Assembly (NCBI GenBank): GCA_964621075.1
Contig: CAZUKV010000002.1
Location: 1-58,287 of the forward strand
DNA length: 58,287 nucleotides
Origin: an uncultured bacterium
GTDB taxonomy: Bacteria; Macinerneyibacteriota; Macinerneyibacteria; Macinerneyibacteriales; Macinerneyibacteriaceae
Direction of reading: 5' to 3'
Positions 1 to 9,357 of this stretch are shown here, one piece after another. Below the pieces are notes generated by a model. It saw only the letters and a list, made by a program, of their open reading frames with translations. It was not told where the DNA came from and made no database searches. Made by a program: the position numbers and the translations under genes. The first letter of the stretch is position 1; every line of letters starts with the position of its first letter.

Positions 1-1075
1 CTTTTGTTTCAAGTGTTTCTTTTAATATGTATGGTTCTACAAAATCATATTCAACTGCATACGCATACCTAACTATTTCAACTTTTTCGAGCCCTTCTAT
101 AGTATGCAAAAATTGATTCTGAATATCTGTTGGGAGGCTTGTAGAAATACCATTTAGATAATATTCATTTGTATATAGCCCTTCTGGTTCAATAAAAATT
201 TGATGTTTGTTTTTTTCGGGAAATTTTTCAATTTTATCTTCAATAGATGGGCAGTATCTTGGTCCTGTGCCGCTTATATTTCCTGCATGAATTGCTGACA
301 AGTTGATATTATTATCAATTATTTCATGAGTTCTGTTATTTGTGTATGTCTTGAAACAGGAAACCTGTTTGATTTTTTTTAGATCTTCCGGTTTTGTTTT
401 GAATGAAAAAGGGACAGGATTTTTATCTCCTGTTTGTTCTTCAAGTTTATCAAAATTTATTGTATTTCCATCTACTCTTGCAGGAGTACCTGTTTTCAAT
501 CTTTTTACCGGAAAACCAATAGCTCTTAAATATTCTCCAAGTTTATCAGCAGATTGTTCGCTTAATCTTCCTCCGGTAAAAATTTTGTTTCCAATATGTA
601 GTCTTCCCTTTGTAAATGTTCCCGGAGTGAGAATTACAGCTGGCGCAAAATATTTTTTATTATATAGACCTGTTACTCCTTTTATCTTCCCGTTTTTTAT
701 TATTAGTTTTTTTACCAGTTCCATTTTTATTGAAATATTGTTATCTTTTTCTAAAATATCTCTCATTCTTTGAGAATATGCTTTTTTATCAGCTTGAGCT
801 CGTGGTGATTGTACTGCTGGACCTTTTCTTGTATTTAATAGTCTAAATTGGATTCCGGTATTATCTATATTAACACCCATTTCTCCGCCAAGGGCATCAA
901 TTTCTCTTACGATTTGTCCTTTAGCCAATCCACCTATTGCAGGATTACATGACATGTCACCAATTTTATCGGGATTCATAGTTAATAGAAGAGATTTAAG
1001 TCCTATTCGACTTACAGCAAGTACAGCTTCTATTCCAGCATGGCCGCCACCAACTACAATTACATCATATTTCAT
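1..1075 (-). CDS. mnmG: tRNA uridine-5-carboxymethylaminomethyl modification enzyme MnmG (GidA), truncated by window edge
   Basis: Not in ORF track. Manual translation from ATG at 1075 gives MKYDVIVVGGGHAGIEA (FAD-binding GxGxxG) followed by MSCNPAIGG; lies directly after mnmE. Confidence 0.95.
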   Translation of the reverse strand, partial: MKYDVIVVGGGHAGIEAVLAVSRIGLKSLLLTMNPDKIGDMSCNPAIGGLAKGQIVREIDALGGEMGVNIDNTGIQFRLLNTRKGPAVQSPRAQADKKAYSQRMRDILEKDNNISIKMELVKKLIIKNGKIKGVTGLYNKKYFAPAVILTPGTFTKGRLHIGNKIFTGGRLSEQSADKLGEYLRAIGFPVKRLKTGTPARVDGNTINFDKLEEQTGDKNPVPFSFKTKPEDLKKIKQVSCFKTYTNNRTHEIIDNNINLSAIHAGNISGTGPRYCPSIEDKIEKFPEKNKHQIFIEPEGLYTNEYYLNGISTSLPTDIQNQFLHTIEGLEKVEIVRYAYAVEYDFVEPYILKETLETK

Positions 1076-1076
1076 A

Positions 1077-2441
1077 TTACTTCCCGATACAAAATCTATT
1101 AAAGATATTATTTAACATTTCTTCATTAATTTTTTTACCCTTTATTTTTTCAAGAATATTTATAGCTTCATATATTTGATTTGAAATTATTTCTTCATAT
1201 GGCATATTTTTTATATTTTCAACAGTTTCATCTAACAAGTTTTTTAATCTTATAAAATAATCAAGCTGTCTTTGGTTTATAATAGCACTGTCTAGCCGTT
1301 CTTTAGATGTTAAATCTTCAATTTTTAGAATTAATTTATTCATTAATCTATCAACATTTATTTTTTCTTTTGCAGAAATCTGAATGTCATAATCATCAGT
1401 ATTTGATGGTTTCTTTTTTTTGTCTATTTTATTAAAAACTGTTAAAATTCTTGTTGCAGGGTTCTCTTTAAAATGAGAAATTAACTTATTATCTATTTTG
1501 TTGGTATGGTCATTGATATATATGGCAATATCTGCCATGTCGATTAATTCTTTTGTTTTTTCTATACCCATTTTTTCTAATTCATCAGCATTTTCTCTCA
1601 AGCCTGCTGTATCATATAATCGAACATGATGCCCTTTTATTCTTACCTCTTCAGAGATGTAATCTCTTGTTGTTCCTGCAATTTCAGAAACAATTGCCCT
1701 GTTTTCATTTAAAATGACATTCATTAATGTAGATTTGCCTACGTTTGTAGATCCTAACAATATAATTACAAGACCTCTTTTTTCTTTTAACATTTTTTTT
1801 GATTCATCAATATCCTTTTTTAACAATTTTATAATTTTTTTAATTTCTTTAATAATTTTATCCCAGGTTGTATCTTCAATAAATTCTTCATCAAAATCAA
1901 TAGATACATTCAATAGAGAGAGAATTTCCAGTAATTTTTCAGAATATTTCTTTATTTTTTTATCTAAAGAACCAAGCAAATTTTTTGTTGCAGAATTAAG
2001 AATGGTTTCGGTTTTAGACTCTATAATATCAATTATTGATTCTGCTTCGGTTAAACTCATTTTTCCATTTATAAAAGCCCGTTTTGTAAATTCCCCTTTT
2101 TTAGCAAGTCTTGCTCCATTTGAAATTAAAAGCTCCATTGTTTTATCAACTATCATAGGACTTCCATGGGTGCTAATTTCAATTGAATTTTCTCCTGTAA
2201 AAGAATTTGGTCTTTCGTATCTTGTGAATAAGATCTTATCAATAATATTATTATTTTCATCTATAATATATGACAAATGTGCTTTTCGGGATTCATATTT
2301 TTTGATATCTTTATCCAGTTTTAATATCTTTGATGCTATCTCAAAAGAACTGTTTCCTGAAATTCTTAAAACAGCAATAGCAGATTCCCCCCTTACAGTT
2401 AGGGGGGCGCATATTGTGTCATTCAAATAATTAGTTTCCAT
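1077..2441 (-). CDS. mnmE: tRNA modification GTPase MnmE (TrmE)
   Basis: SFTGENSIEISTHG, G1 GSTNVGKS, GTTRD, DTAG, NKID, C-terminal FCIGK. Confidence 0.97.
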   Translation of the reverse strand: METNYLNDTICAPLTVRGESAIAVLRISGNSSFEIASKILKLDKDIKKYESRKAHLSYIIDENNNIIDKILFTRYERPNSFTGENSIEISTHGSPMIVDKTMELLISNGARLAKKGEFTKRAFINGKMSLTEAESIIDIIESKTETILNSATKNLLGSLDKKIKKYSEKLLEILSLLNVSIDFDEEFIEDTTWDKIIKEIKKIIKLLKKDIDESKKMLKEKRGLVIILLGSTNVGKSTLMNVILNENRAIVSEIAGTTRDYISEEVRIKGHHVRLYDTAGLRENADELEKMGIEKTKELIDMADIAIYINDHTNKIDNKLISHFKENPATRILTVFNKIDKKKKPSNTDDYDIQISAKEKINVDRLMNKLILKIEDLTSKERLDSAIINQRQLDYFIRLKNLLDETVENIKNMPYEEIISNQIYEAINILEKIKGKKINEEMLNNIFNRFCIGK

Positions 2442-2922
2442 TATTATAATAAACTACTATTTTTTTAAGTTTACCCTTTCCAATACTTTTTGTGGTTACA
2501 TTTTTTATATTCTGTAAAGTTTTATGAACTACTTTTCTTTCATAAGCGTTCATAGGTTTAAGATATACTTTCCTTTTAGCTTTTAGGACTTCTTCACCCG
2601 CTTTAATAGCGATATCCTTTAAGAAGATATCTTTCTTTTTTCTGTAATTATTTACATCAAGCATAATTTTATTTTTGATATTTAATCTTTTTTTAAGTAT
2701 AATATTTATAAGAGTTTCTAAAGCCATTATATTTTTGCCATTTTTCCCAACGAGTACATTTGCATCATCTTCTTCATAAGATAGATTCATTCGCTTAGTT
2801 CCATTATATTCATCAAAATCATTTAACTCAACATCATAATTTATAACATTAAATACTTCTTCCAGGATTTTTTTTATCTTGGAGTTTGTATCAATTTTTA
2901 GTATTTTTTTAAAAAAATTCAC
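2431..2922 (-). CDS. jag: Jag/EloR (KhpB) RNA-binding protein, KH + R3H only
   Basis: GKNGKNIMAL KH loop, LDVNNYR, R3H motif PMNAYERKVVH; GTG start with GGAGG SD; canonical position after yidC. Confidence 0.9.
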   Translation of the reverse strand: MNFFKKILKIDTNSKIKKILEEVFNVINYDVELNDFDEYNGTKRMNLSYEEDDANVLVGKNGKNIMALETLINIILKKRLNIKNKIMLDVNNYRKKKDIFLKDIAIKAGEEVLKAKRKVYLKPMNAYERKVVHKTLQNIKNVTTKSIGKGKLKKIVVYYNNGN

Positions 2923-2923
2923 G

Positions 2924-4540
2924 TCATTCCTCCTGGTTTTCTAAGTTTTTCATTATATATTTTTGCTGTACTAATGTAATTATATTACTTGATAAAAAGT
3001 ATAATACCAGACCTGATGGGAAGTTATAAAAAATAAAAAACATGAATGCAGGTAGAAAAAATTTCATTATCATTTGAGTTCCCCCCTGCCCCTGAGCGCT
3101 ACCGCTATTAGCTTTTTGCTGGTATACCATAGTTATTATCATTAATATTGGCAAAACATTAAATGTTTCCCATCCAAAAATAGGTACTTCAAATGGTAAA
3201 TTAAATAAAACATCCGGAGATGAAAGATCCGTAATCCATAATATGAACGGTTTGCCTTTCAAAGCAATAGCATTGCTGAAAACACTAAACAGTGCTATTA
3301 AAATTGGAAATTGAAGCAACATTGGCAAACATCCGCCTGCTGGATTTACATCATTTTCTTTATAAAGGTCCATCATTTTTTTATTTAACTTTTGAGGTTC
3401 ATCTTTATATTTTTTTCTTAATTTTTGCATTTCAGGTTGGATTTCTTTCATTTTTGCCATTGATGTCAAACTTTTATGGGTTAGAGGATATAATATTAAT
3501 TTAATTAAAATTGTTAAAACAATAATAGCCAGCCCATAATTTTTTACTATTCCGAAAATAAAATTCAAAATTTCAAGCAAAAATTTAGAAATTGGACTCA
3601 AAAACCCTCTAAAATGTACTGTGTTTTCCAATTCAGGATTTATTTTTTCTAAAAGGTCTAGTTTCTTGGGGCCATAAAAAAGGCTAACGGGATCATTAGT
3701 TAAATTGTAATAAATTTCAATCTCATTATCCTTGGTATTTTTAAGTTTAGCGGAAATTTCTTGCCCATCACTTAAAAAACTTGCAACAAAATATTGAGAG
3801 TCAAAACCAATAAAGCTATTTGATTTGATTGTTTTACTTTCATCTTCTTTTATTTTATCATCTTCAAATTTGTCTTCAGTATCATAATAAAAATATTTAT
3901 CATATCTTTTTTGCATACCTTTTTCTAATTTTCTTTTTGCAATTTTTAAGCTGTCAAAAGGAATAGCAGAAATAATGTTTATTTTTGCTATGTAGGGGTT
4001 ATTTTCTTTAAAAGTAATAATTTTTTGAATTTTCAAATTTGTATTTTTACTTGTTAATTTAAACCCATTTTTAAAATTTTCAAAATTATAAAAAATATTT
4101 TTATCATTAAGGTCATTATAAAAGAGGGATAGAGAGCTATTGTTTAATATTGAGATCTCATGTTCTTTTTCAATCCACTCTTCAATTGTCCCTCCCTTGA
4201 GGTTTATTTTTATTTTATATTTTTTGTTATCATAATATTTAAATTTTGCTGTTTTTTCTGAGGTCTGATTTAAAGTCCTTTGAATTTCAGTACTTGCCGG
4301 CAAATTTTTATCGATTAATATTTTTTTAGAGCCGGTATTTCCTTTTTTATCTGTTTCTGTAGGGGTTTTAGAATTAGAGACAGTTTCATCTTTCTTTTTT
4401 TCTACAGCTTCTTGTTTTGTAGTATTTGTACTAATATTATTCTGATTATTATTCATGAAAACATATTGGAATACTACCAAAAATACGATTGATATAACAA
4501 GTGCTATTAAAGTTCTTTTTTGCATATTATTGTCATTCAT
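2924..4540 (-). CDS. yidC: Membrane protein insertase YidC with periplasmic domain
   Basis: YGLAIIVLTILIK, NPAGGCLPMLLQFPI, WITDLSSPD, PSGLVLY motifs. Confidence 0.97.
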   Translation of the reverse strand: MNDNNMQKRTLIALVISIVFLVVFQYVFMNNNQNNISTNTTKQEAVEKKKDETVSNSKTPTETDKKGNTGSKKILIDKNLPASTEIQRTLNQTSEKTAKFKYYDNKKYKIKINLKGGTIEEWIEKEHEISILNNSSLSLFYNDLNDKNIFYNFENFKNGFKLTSKNTNLKIQKIITFKENNPYIAKINIISAIPFDSLKIAKRKLEKGMQKRYDKYFYYDTEDKFEDDKIKEDESKTIKSNSFIGFDSQYFVASFLSDGQEISAKLKNTKDNEIEIYYNLTNDPVSLFYGPKKLDLLEKINPELENTVHFRGFLSPISKFLLEILNFIFGIVKNYGLAIIVLTILIKLILYPLTHKSLTSMAKMKEIQPEMQKLRKKYKDEPQKLNKKMMDLYKENDVNPAGGCLPMLLQFPILIALFSVFSNAIALKGKPFILWITDLSSPDVLFNLPFEVPIFGWETFNVLPILMIITMVYQQKANSGSAQGQGGTQMIMKFFLPAFMFFIFYNFPSGLVLYFLSSNIITLVQQKYIMKNLENQEE

Positions 4541-4780
4541 TTAATTATCCTCCTTTTGGTTTTTTAATTTTGGTACTGGATCAAATCCTCCTTTATAAAA
4601 AGGGTTGCATCTTAAGATCCTTTTAATTCCGAGAAACCCACCTTTTAAAATTCCAAATCTTTTTATAGACATATAGGTATATGTAGAACAAGTTGGATGA
4701 TAAATACATGATTTGGGTGTATGAGGTGAGATAATTTTTTTATAGAAATTTATAATTGATAAAACTATTTTTTTTAACAT
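4541..4780 (-). CDS. yidD: Membrane protein insertion efficiency factor YidD
   Basis: CIYHPTCSTY and RILRCNPFYKGGFDPVP; ATG at 4780 preferred over the track's TTG at 4786. Confidence 0.95.
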   Translation of the reverse strand: MLKKIVLSIINFYKKIISPHTPKSCIYHPTCSTYTYMSIKRFGILKGGFLGIKRILRCNPFYKGGFDPVPKLKNQKEDN

Positions 4781-5123
4781 AAGCAATTCATTTTTGATAT
4801 TATGTCAACCCATTTTTCCCGGATTGTTTTAAAATCAACTTCCTTCCATTTTGTTTCTTTTGATGGGATTACAATAATTTTGTATTTTTTTTTAAATTCA
4901 TCTTTTGTGTTTCTGTATAACTCTCTTATAATACGCTTTATATAGTTCCTCTTTACTGCATTCCCATGTTTTTTTGTTACTATTATTCCTATTTTATTAT
5001 TATTGCTTCTAATGTAATATATTACAAATAAATTATTTTTTAATTTTTGTCCTTTATTAAAAATTTGTTTAAATATACTTTTTTTTTTATTCTATAATTT
5101 TTTTTGAATGAATTTGCTTTCAT
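4774..5123 (-). CDS. rnpA: Ribonuclease P protein component; reading frame broken by a 1-nt shift in an A10 tract (5079-5088)
   Basis: ATG at 5123 gives MKANSFKKNYRIKK; after the tract a second frame gives SIFKQIFNKG...IGIIVTKKHGNAVKRNYIKRIIRE (RNR motif) to TAA at 4774. Span is 350 nt, not a multiple of 3. Confidence 0.9.
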
Positions 5124-5145
5124 ATTTAATCCTATTTCTTTATGG

Positions 5146-5174
5146 AAATTAATATATAAATTCGCTGCAGTCAA
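5146..5174 (-). promoter_or_regulatory. Putative sigma70 promoter for rnpA-yidD-yidC operon
   Basis: Minus strand TTGACT (5174-5169), 17-nt spacer, TAATTT (5151-5146). Confidence 0.45.
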
Positions 5175-5866
5175 GGTATTTTTCTTAACACTAAGCCATT
5201 TAAGAAATTATGATTATATTTAGCTACAAGTTCAAAATTATTTTTTTTAGAAATTTCTATTACCTCTTTGAAGCTGTAAAACTTCCATTTTAAAATTTCT
5301 TTTTTCCCTTTATATTCTGTTTTTATCTCAATTGTTTCTGAATGGTTTATATTAAGATAGGTAAGATCTGTAAAACTTATTAATTGATTCCCCCCGGTTG
5401 TTAAAAGAGAATTAGTTTTTTTGAAAAGATTATCCAGGGAGTTGTCATTATGAAAAGCTCCCAGTGTATTTCCCAGCAGTAAAACCGTATTAAATTGTTT
5501 TGAGGGGGTGAATTTAAAAAAATTGCAATTACAGTAATTTAAGACACCTCTTTTTTTACCAATTTCTACCAATTCGTTTTCTTTATCAAGAGCTATTGAT
5601 GGGATTCCTTTATTTTGAAGGTATAGAGTAACTCTGCCCGCTCCAGCTCCTATATCAAGAACAGGCCCTTTTATAAATTTATTTAAAAGTATTTTTTCAG
5701 TATATGGAAATTGATGAAATTTTGAAAAGTAAATACTGATATTTTCAAAATATAATTTACCCTTGATAGTATATTTAATTTCTGGATTTTCATTGTTATA
5801 AAAAAAATCCTTATATGCTCTGGTGATTATACTCATTTTTTTCATTATATCTGTTAAATATTTCAA
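5171..5866 (-). CDS. Class I SAM-dependent methyltransferase
   Basis: Motif I VLDIGAGAGR, acidic post-I ALDKE. Start uncertain (TTG 5866 or ATG 5845). Confidence 0.85.
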   Translation of the reverse strand: MKYLTDIMKKMSIITRAYKDFFYNNENPEIKYTIKGKLYFENISIYFSKFHQFPYTEKILLNKFIKGPVLDIGAGAGRVTLYLQNKGIPSIALDKENELVEIGKKRGVLNYCNCNFFKFTPSKQFNTVLLLGNTLGAFHNDNSLDNLFKKTNSLLTTGGNQLISFTDLTYLNINHSETIEIKTEYKGKKEILKWKFYSFKEVIEISKKNNFELVAKYNHNFLNGLVLRKIP

Positions 5867-6947
5867 GAACCCTTTCTTTTAATTTATCAAGATTTTTATT
5901 TTTTAGAGCAGAGATAAAAAGTGAATCTCTATCATTTTTATATTTTTGTTTAATTTTTTTTAATTTATCTTGATCAACAAGATCAATTTTATTAAAAATA
6001 TAAAGTAGTTTTTTATTGGATGAGTTTAAATCATCCAGGACTTCTTTTACCACCTGGATTTTTTCTCTGTAGTTTTTGTCGGTTATGTCAATTAAGATTA
6101 TTATTAAATCAGAGTATTGAATTTCATTGAGAGTTGATTTAAAAGATTCAAATAGATGAGGAGGAAGATTTTTAATAAATCCTACAGTATCACTCATTAA
6201 AACAGTTTCTCCTTTTCCAATGTATACTCTATTTATTGAAGTATCAAGAGTTGCAAACAGCTGATCCTCGGTATATAGGTCTTTATTTGATATTTGACTT
6301 AAAAGTGTTGATTTCCCGGCATTTGTATATCCTACTATAGAAACACTAAAGAGATGTTTTCTTCTTTTTCGCTGTGTTTTCTTGATTTTTTTTACATGTT
6401 CAATTTTGTCTTTTAGGGTTGAGATTCTTTTTTGTATTACCTGTCTGTCCATTTCAAGCTGTGTTTCTCCCGGCCCTCTTAATTTAAATCCTCCTCCGGC
6501 CTGGCGGGATAGATGATCCCACATGTTTCTCAATCTCGGAAGGAGATATTCATATTCAGCTAATTCAACCTGAAGTTTTGCGATTTTTGTTTTTGCTCTT
6601 CTTGAGAAAATTTCTAAAATAAGTTCCTCCCTATCTATGACAGTTTTTTTTAAAATTGATTCCATATTTCTATGCTGGGTCGGTGAAATAAAACCATCTA
6701 CTATGACATTTCCAACATCTTCATGGTTGGATAAAAAATCTTTTATCAATTTTAATTTTCCCTTTCCAAAATAATGTCCAGGATCGGGTTTTGATCTTTT
6801 CTGGATAAATGTTTTTATAACTGCGCCACCTCTTGTTTTGGTTAAAGCTTTCATTTCTTTAATGTTTTCTTTATAATCTTCTCTATCTTCCGGTAAAACA
6901 AGGGATAAGAGGACACATTTTTTACTTATTTCACGTTTAATTTTCAT
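5811..6947 (-). CDS. hflX: GTPase HflX (short form)
   Basis: ARTKIAKLQVELA-like N-domain, GPGETQLEMD, G1 GYTNAGKS, DQLFATLD, DTVGFI, NKID. Confidence 0.97.
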   Translation of the reverse strand: MKIKREISKKCVLLSLVLPEDREDYKENIKEMKALTKTRGGAVIKTFIQKRSKPDPGHYFGKGKLKLIKDFLSNHEDVGNVIVDGFISPTQHRNMESILKKTVIDREELILEIFSRRAKTKIAKLQVELAEYEYLLPRLRNMWDHLSRQAGGGFKLRGPGETQLEMDRQVIQKRISTLKDKIEHVKKIKKTQRKRRKHLFSVSIVGYTNAGKSTLLSQISNKDLYTEDQLFATLDTSINRVYIGKGETVLMSDTVGFIKNLPPHLFESFKSTLNEIQYSDLIIILIDITDKNYREKIQVVKEVLDDLNSSNKKLLYIFNKIDLVDQDKLKKIKQKYKNDRDSLFISALKNKNLDKLKERVLEIFNRYNEKNEYNHQSI

Positions 6948-9357
6948 TTTTATTCCTTCCTAATTTTTTTAAGCGGTATTCAATAATTTTATAGTTTGCA
7001 ATTCTGTAGAGCTGCTCGATAAAAGAAAAAATTATAATAAATAATATTATATATAAGGGATTTTTAATAAAAGATGTAAATAAAAGAGTAAAAAAAATAA
7101 TAACAGAAACCCACGAAATTAAAATGGCAGTGAAAAAAGCAGGAAATAGATTTGTTAATGAGTGAAGTATTTTTTTATTCCGATTTAAATAATAAATCTT
7201 TATTGGTTCTATAAATCCAAGAACCAAAATAAAAAGCATGAAGATAATTAATGAAAAAGTTTTTGTAAAAAGAAGAGTTAATATATATAATCCAATTATA
7301 AAAAAAGATACCAGGTCTATAAGGAGAATATTTACAATAGAATACTCAGCATTTTCTTTTTTATATGTTTTAATTGAAAATATTGATATTTTGATTAAAA
7401 AAAAGAAAAAAGAAATTACAAATAAAGTAATTGGTATATTCAAGAGTATCCTGTTGAGCATTGGGCTTAAATAAGAATATCCAAGATTGAAATTTGAAAA
7501 TTTAGAGATGTTAAAAGTTTTAATTATTAAATAAATATAAAAAGGCGAAAAAATTATGAGATTATAAAAAAGATTTTTTAACATGTTTGAGTAATAATTT
7601 TTTTTGATTAGATGAGATATGAAACCAAAAAATATTATAATACTAATTGATAGTATAATAAGGTTTTTATTTCTTGAGCTGTTTATTATGAAGTTATTTC
7701 CAAGGTTATGATCAATTATTTTAATATATGCAGAATCTACTTTATTTCTATCAATTTTTTTTATTTTTCCCTGAATGGTTTTTTCTTCTTGTGAACCATC
7801 TTTTTTATTTAAAAATAGTTTTATTTCTTTATTATAGTCTTTACCCTTTTCTATTTTTACAAAGGTATCTTTTTTAGATAGCTTAACATCTGTTAATGCA
7901 TTTGTAGTAAGATTTTTATAAAAAATATCATATGTTTGGGAATCAATATTGTTTTTCAATAAGTTTAAAAAATTTTTGGTTGTTGGATGTTTAAAAGAAT
8001 AATTTGAATATAACTTGTTAATAATTTTATCAAATTTTTTTGTACCTATTTCAGATTCTAAAAATTTCAAAATGATTGGCATTTTATAATAATAAAGAAG
8101 CATAACTTCACTTGAAGTAACATCTTTTTTGCAGGGAGATACCATGACATTTGAAAAAGATTTTTCTCTTGCTCCCCATAGAATTGTAGTTGGAATATAA
8201 TGAAAATCAAAATTTGTTAATCCTAAAATTTTTTTTGTGTTATGGAGGTCTGAGAGCCTTATTTCATAATAGGATGTTAACCCTTCATCTAGCCATCCCT
8301 CTTCTGTTTGATTAAAACCGATCATTGAATAAAACCATTGATGACATAATTCATGGTCAAGGATTGTATAATAAGCATAATTTTCTTTCTCCAGGGTGAT
8401 TAATTTTGGGTATTCCATTCCCGATCCATGCATACCAATGGTTTCCAGTTCAACTATTTTAAATTCATTATACTCATAAGGTCCAATTTTTTCTTCCATG
8501 TAATTCATGTTTCGTATTGTTCTTGTGAAGATATCAGAAACTCTTTTTGAAGGCAATTTGTCATAGCTGTATAAATAAAATGTGCCTGTACTCATTATCT
8601 TTTTATATTCGAAGATATTTTTTGAGATACCAAATGAACAGTCCAGTATTCTGGAATTTTCCCATGAATATGTAATGTGGGTATTGTCTTTTTGAATTTT
8701 ACTAACTTCTTTCAAATTAGAAAAAGCCTTGTACTCTTTTGGTACTCTCAGCTGAAGGGAGTAGTTGCTGTATTCAGAGAAAAATTCATAAGAGTAATAA
8801 AAGGGTTTAGCTTGCCATACATTTTCTCCTTTTAAAACTCCCAATTTAGGAAACCACTGAGAAAACCAGTAAATCTTATCTTTTTTTGAATATCCAAATC
8901 TAATGTAACGTGAGTCAGGAATTTTTGAAACAAATTTGATTGTAATAGTATATTTTTTCCCTTTTAGAAAGGATCCATCAAGTTTCATCAATGTAGAATC
9001 TTTGAAGCGGGATAACTTTTCAGTTTTGTTTTTTTTGTTTATTTTAATATTTTCTATTTTTGTGTAGGATAATTTTTTATCGGAATTCTTAATGATATTT
9101 TTTAATTTTTTAGATGCTCCCTTATATAATTCTGTTCCTTCCTGTAGGCCATTCCAGTATAAGTGAAATATAAGGTGGTCTGTATTGTATCTGGGAATGA
9201 AAATAATTTTTTCACTTCCTTCTACAATATTTTTTTCTGGATTGAAATTAATATTTAAATTATAACTTTTTGTGCTTTCCTGAGCAGATAATGAAAAAAT
9301 AAATAAAAAACTAATTAAACCTGTAATTAGGTGCTTCTTTAGTAATCGTAACATCAT
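6937..9357 (-). CDS. Exported M1-family (gluzincin) metallopeptidase with C-terminal multi-pass membrane region
   Basis: Signal peptide; GMEYP exopeptidase motif; HELCH-x18-E zinc motif; several hydrophobic segments in the last ~240 aa. Confidence 0.85.
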   Translation of the reverse strand: MMLRLLKKHLITGLISFLFIFSLSAQESTKSYNLNINFNPEKNIVEGSEKIIFIPRYNTDHLIFHLYWNGLQEGTELYKGASKKLKNIIKNSDKKLSYTKIENIKINKKNKTEKLSRFKDSTLMKLDGSFLKGKKYTITIKFVSKIPDSRYIRFGYSKKDKIYWFSQWFPKLGVLKGENVWQAKPFYYSYEFFSEYSNYSLQLRVPKEYKAFSNLKEVSKIQKDNTHITYSWENSRILDCSFGISKNIFEYKKIMSTGTFYLYSYDKLPSKRVSDIFTRTIRNMNYMEEKIGPYEYNEFKIVELETIGMHGSGMEYPKLITLEKENYAYYTILDHELCHQWFYSMIGFNQTEEGWLDEGLTSYYEIRLSDLHNTKKILGLTNFDFHYIPTTILWGAREKSFSNVMVSPCKKDVTSSEVMLLYYYKMPIILKFLESEIGTKKFDKIINKLYSNYSFKHPTTKNFLNLLKNNIDSQTYDIFYKNLTTNALTDVKLSKKDTFVKIEKGKDYNKEIKLFLNKKDGSQEEKTIQGKIKKIDRNKVDSAYIKIIDHNLGNNFIINSSRNKNLIILSISIIIFFGFISHLIKKNYYSNMLKNLFYNLIIFSPFYIYLIIKTFNISKFSNFNLGYSYLSPMLNRILLNIPITLFVISFFFFLIKISIFSIKTYKKENAEYSIVNILLIDLVSFFIIGLYILTLLFTKTFSLIIFMLFILVLGFIEPIKIYYLNRNKKILHSLTNLFPAFFTAILISWVSVIIFFTLLFTSFIKNPLYIILFIIIFSFIEQLYRIANYKIIEYRLKKLGRNKNEN

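Noticed and set aside
342-2430. Plus-strand ORFs 342-773 and 1714-2430, and the many other antisense or nested ORFs in the track (e.g. 7238-7474, 16189-16551, 18777-19178, 23709-24266, 46701-47165, 56230-56532)
   Set aside because: They lie opposite or inside well-supported genes, have no motifs or SD, and show the Phe/Ile/Ser-rich composition typical of shadow frames in AT-rich DNA.
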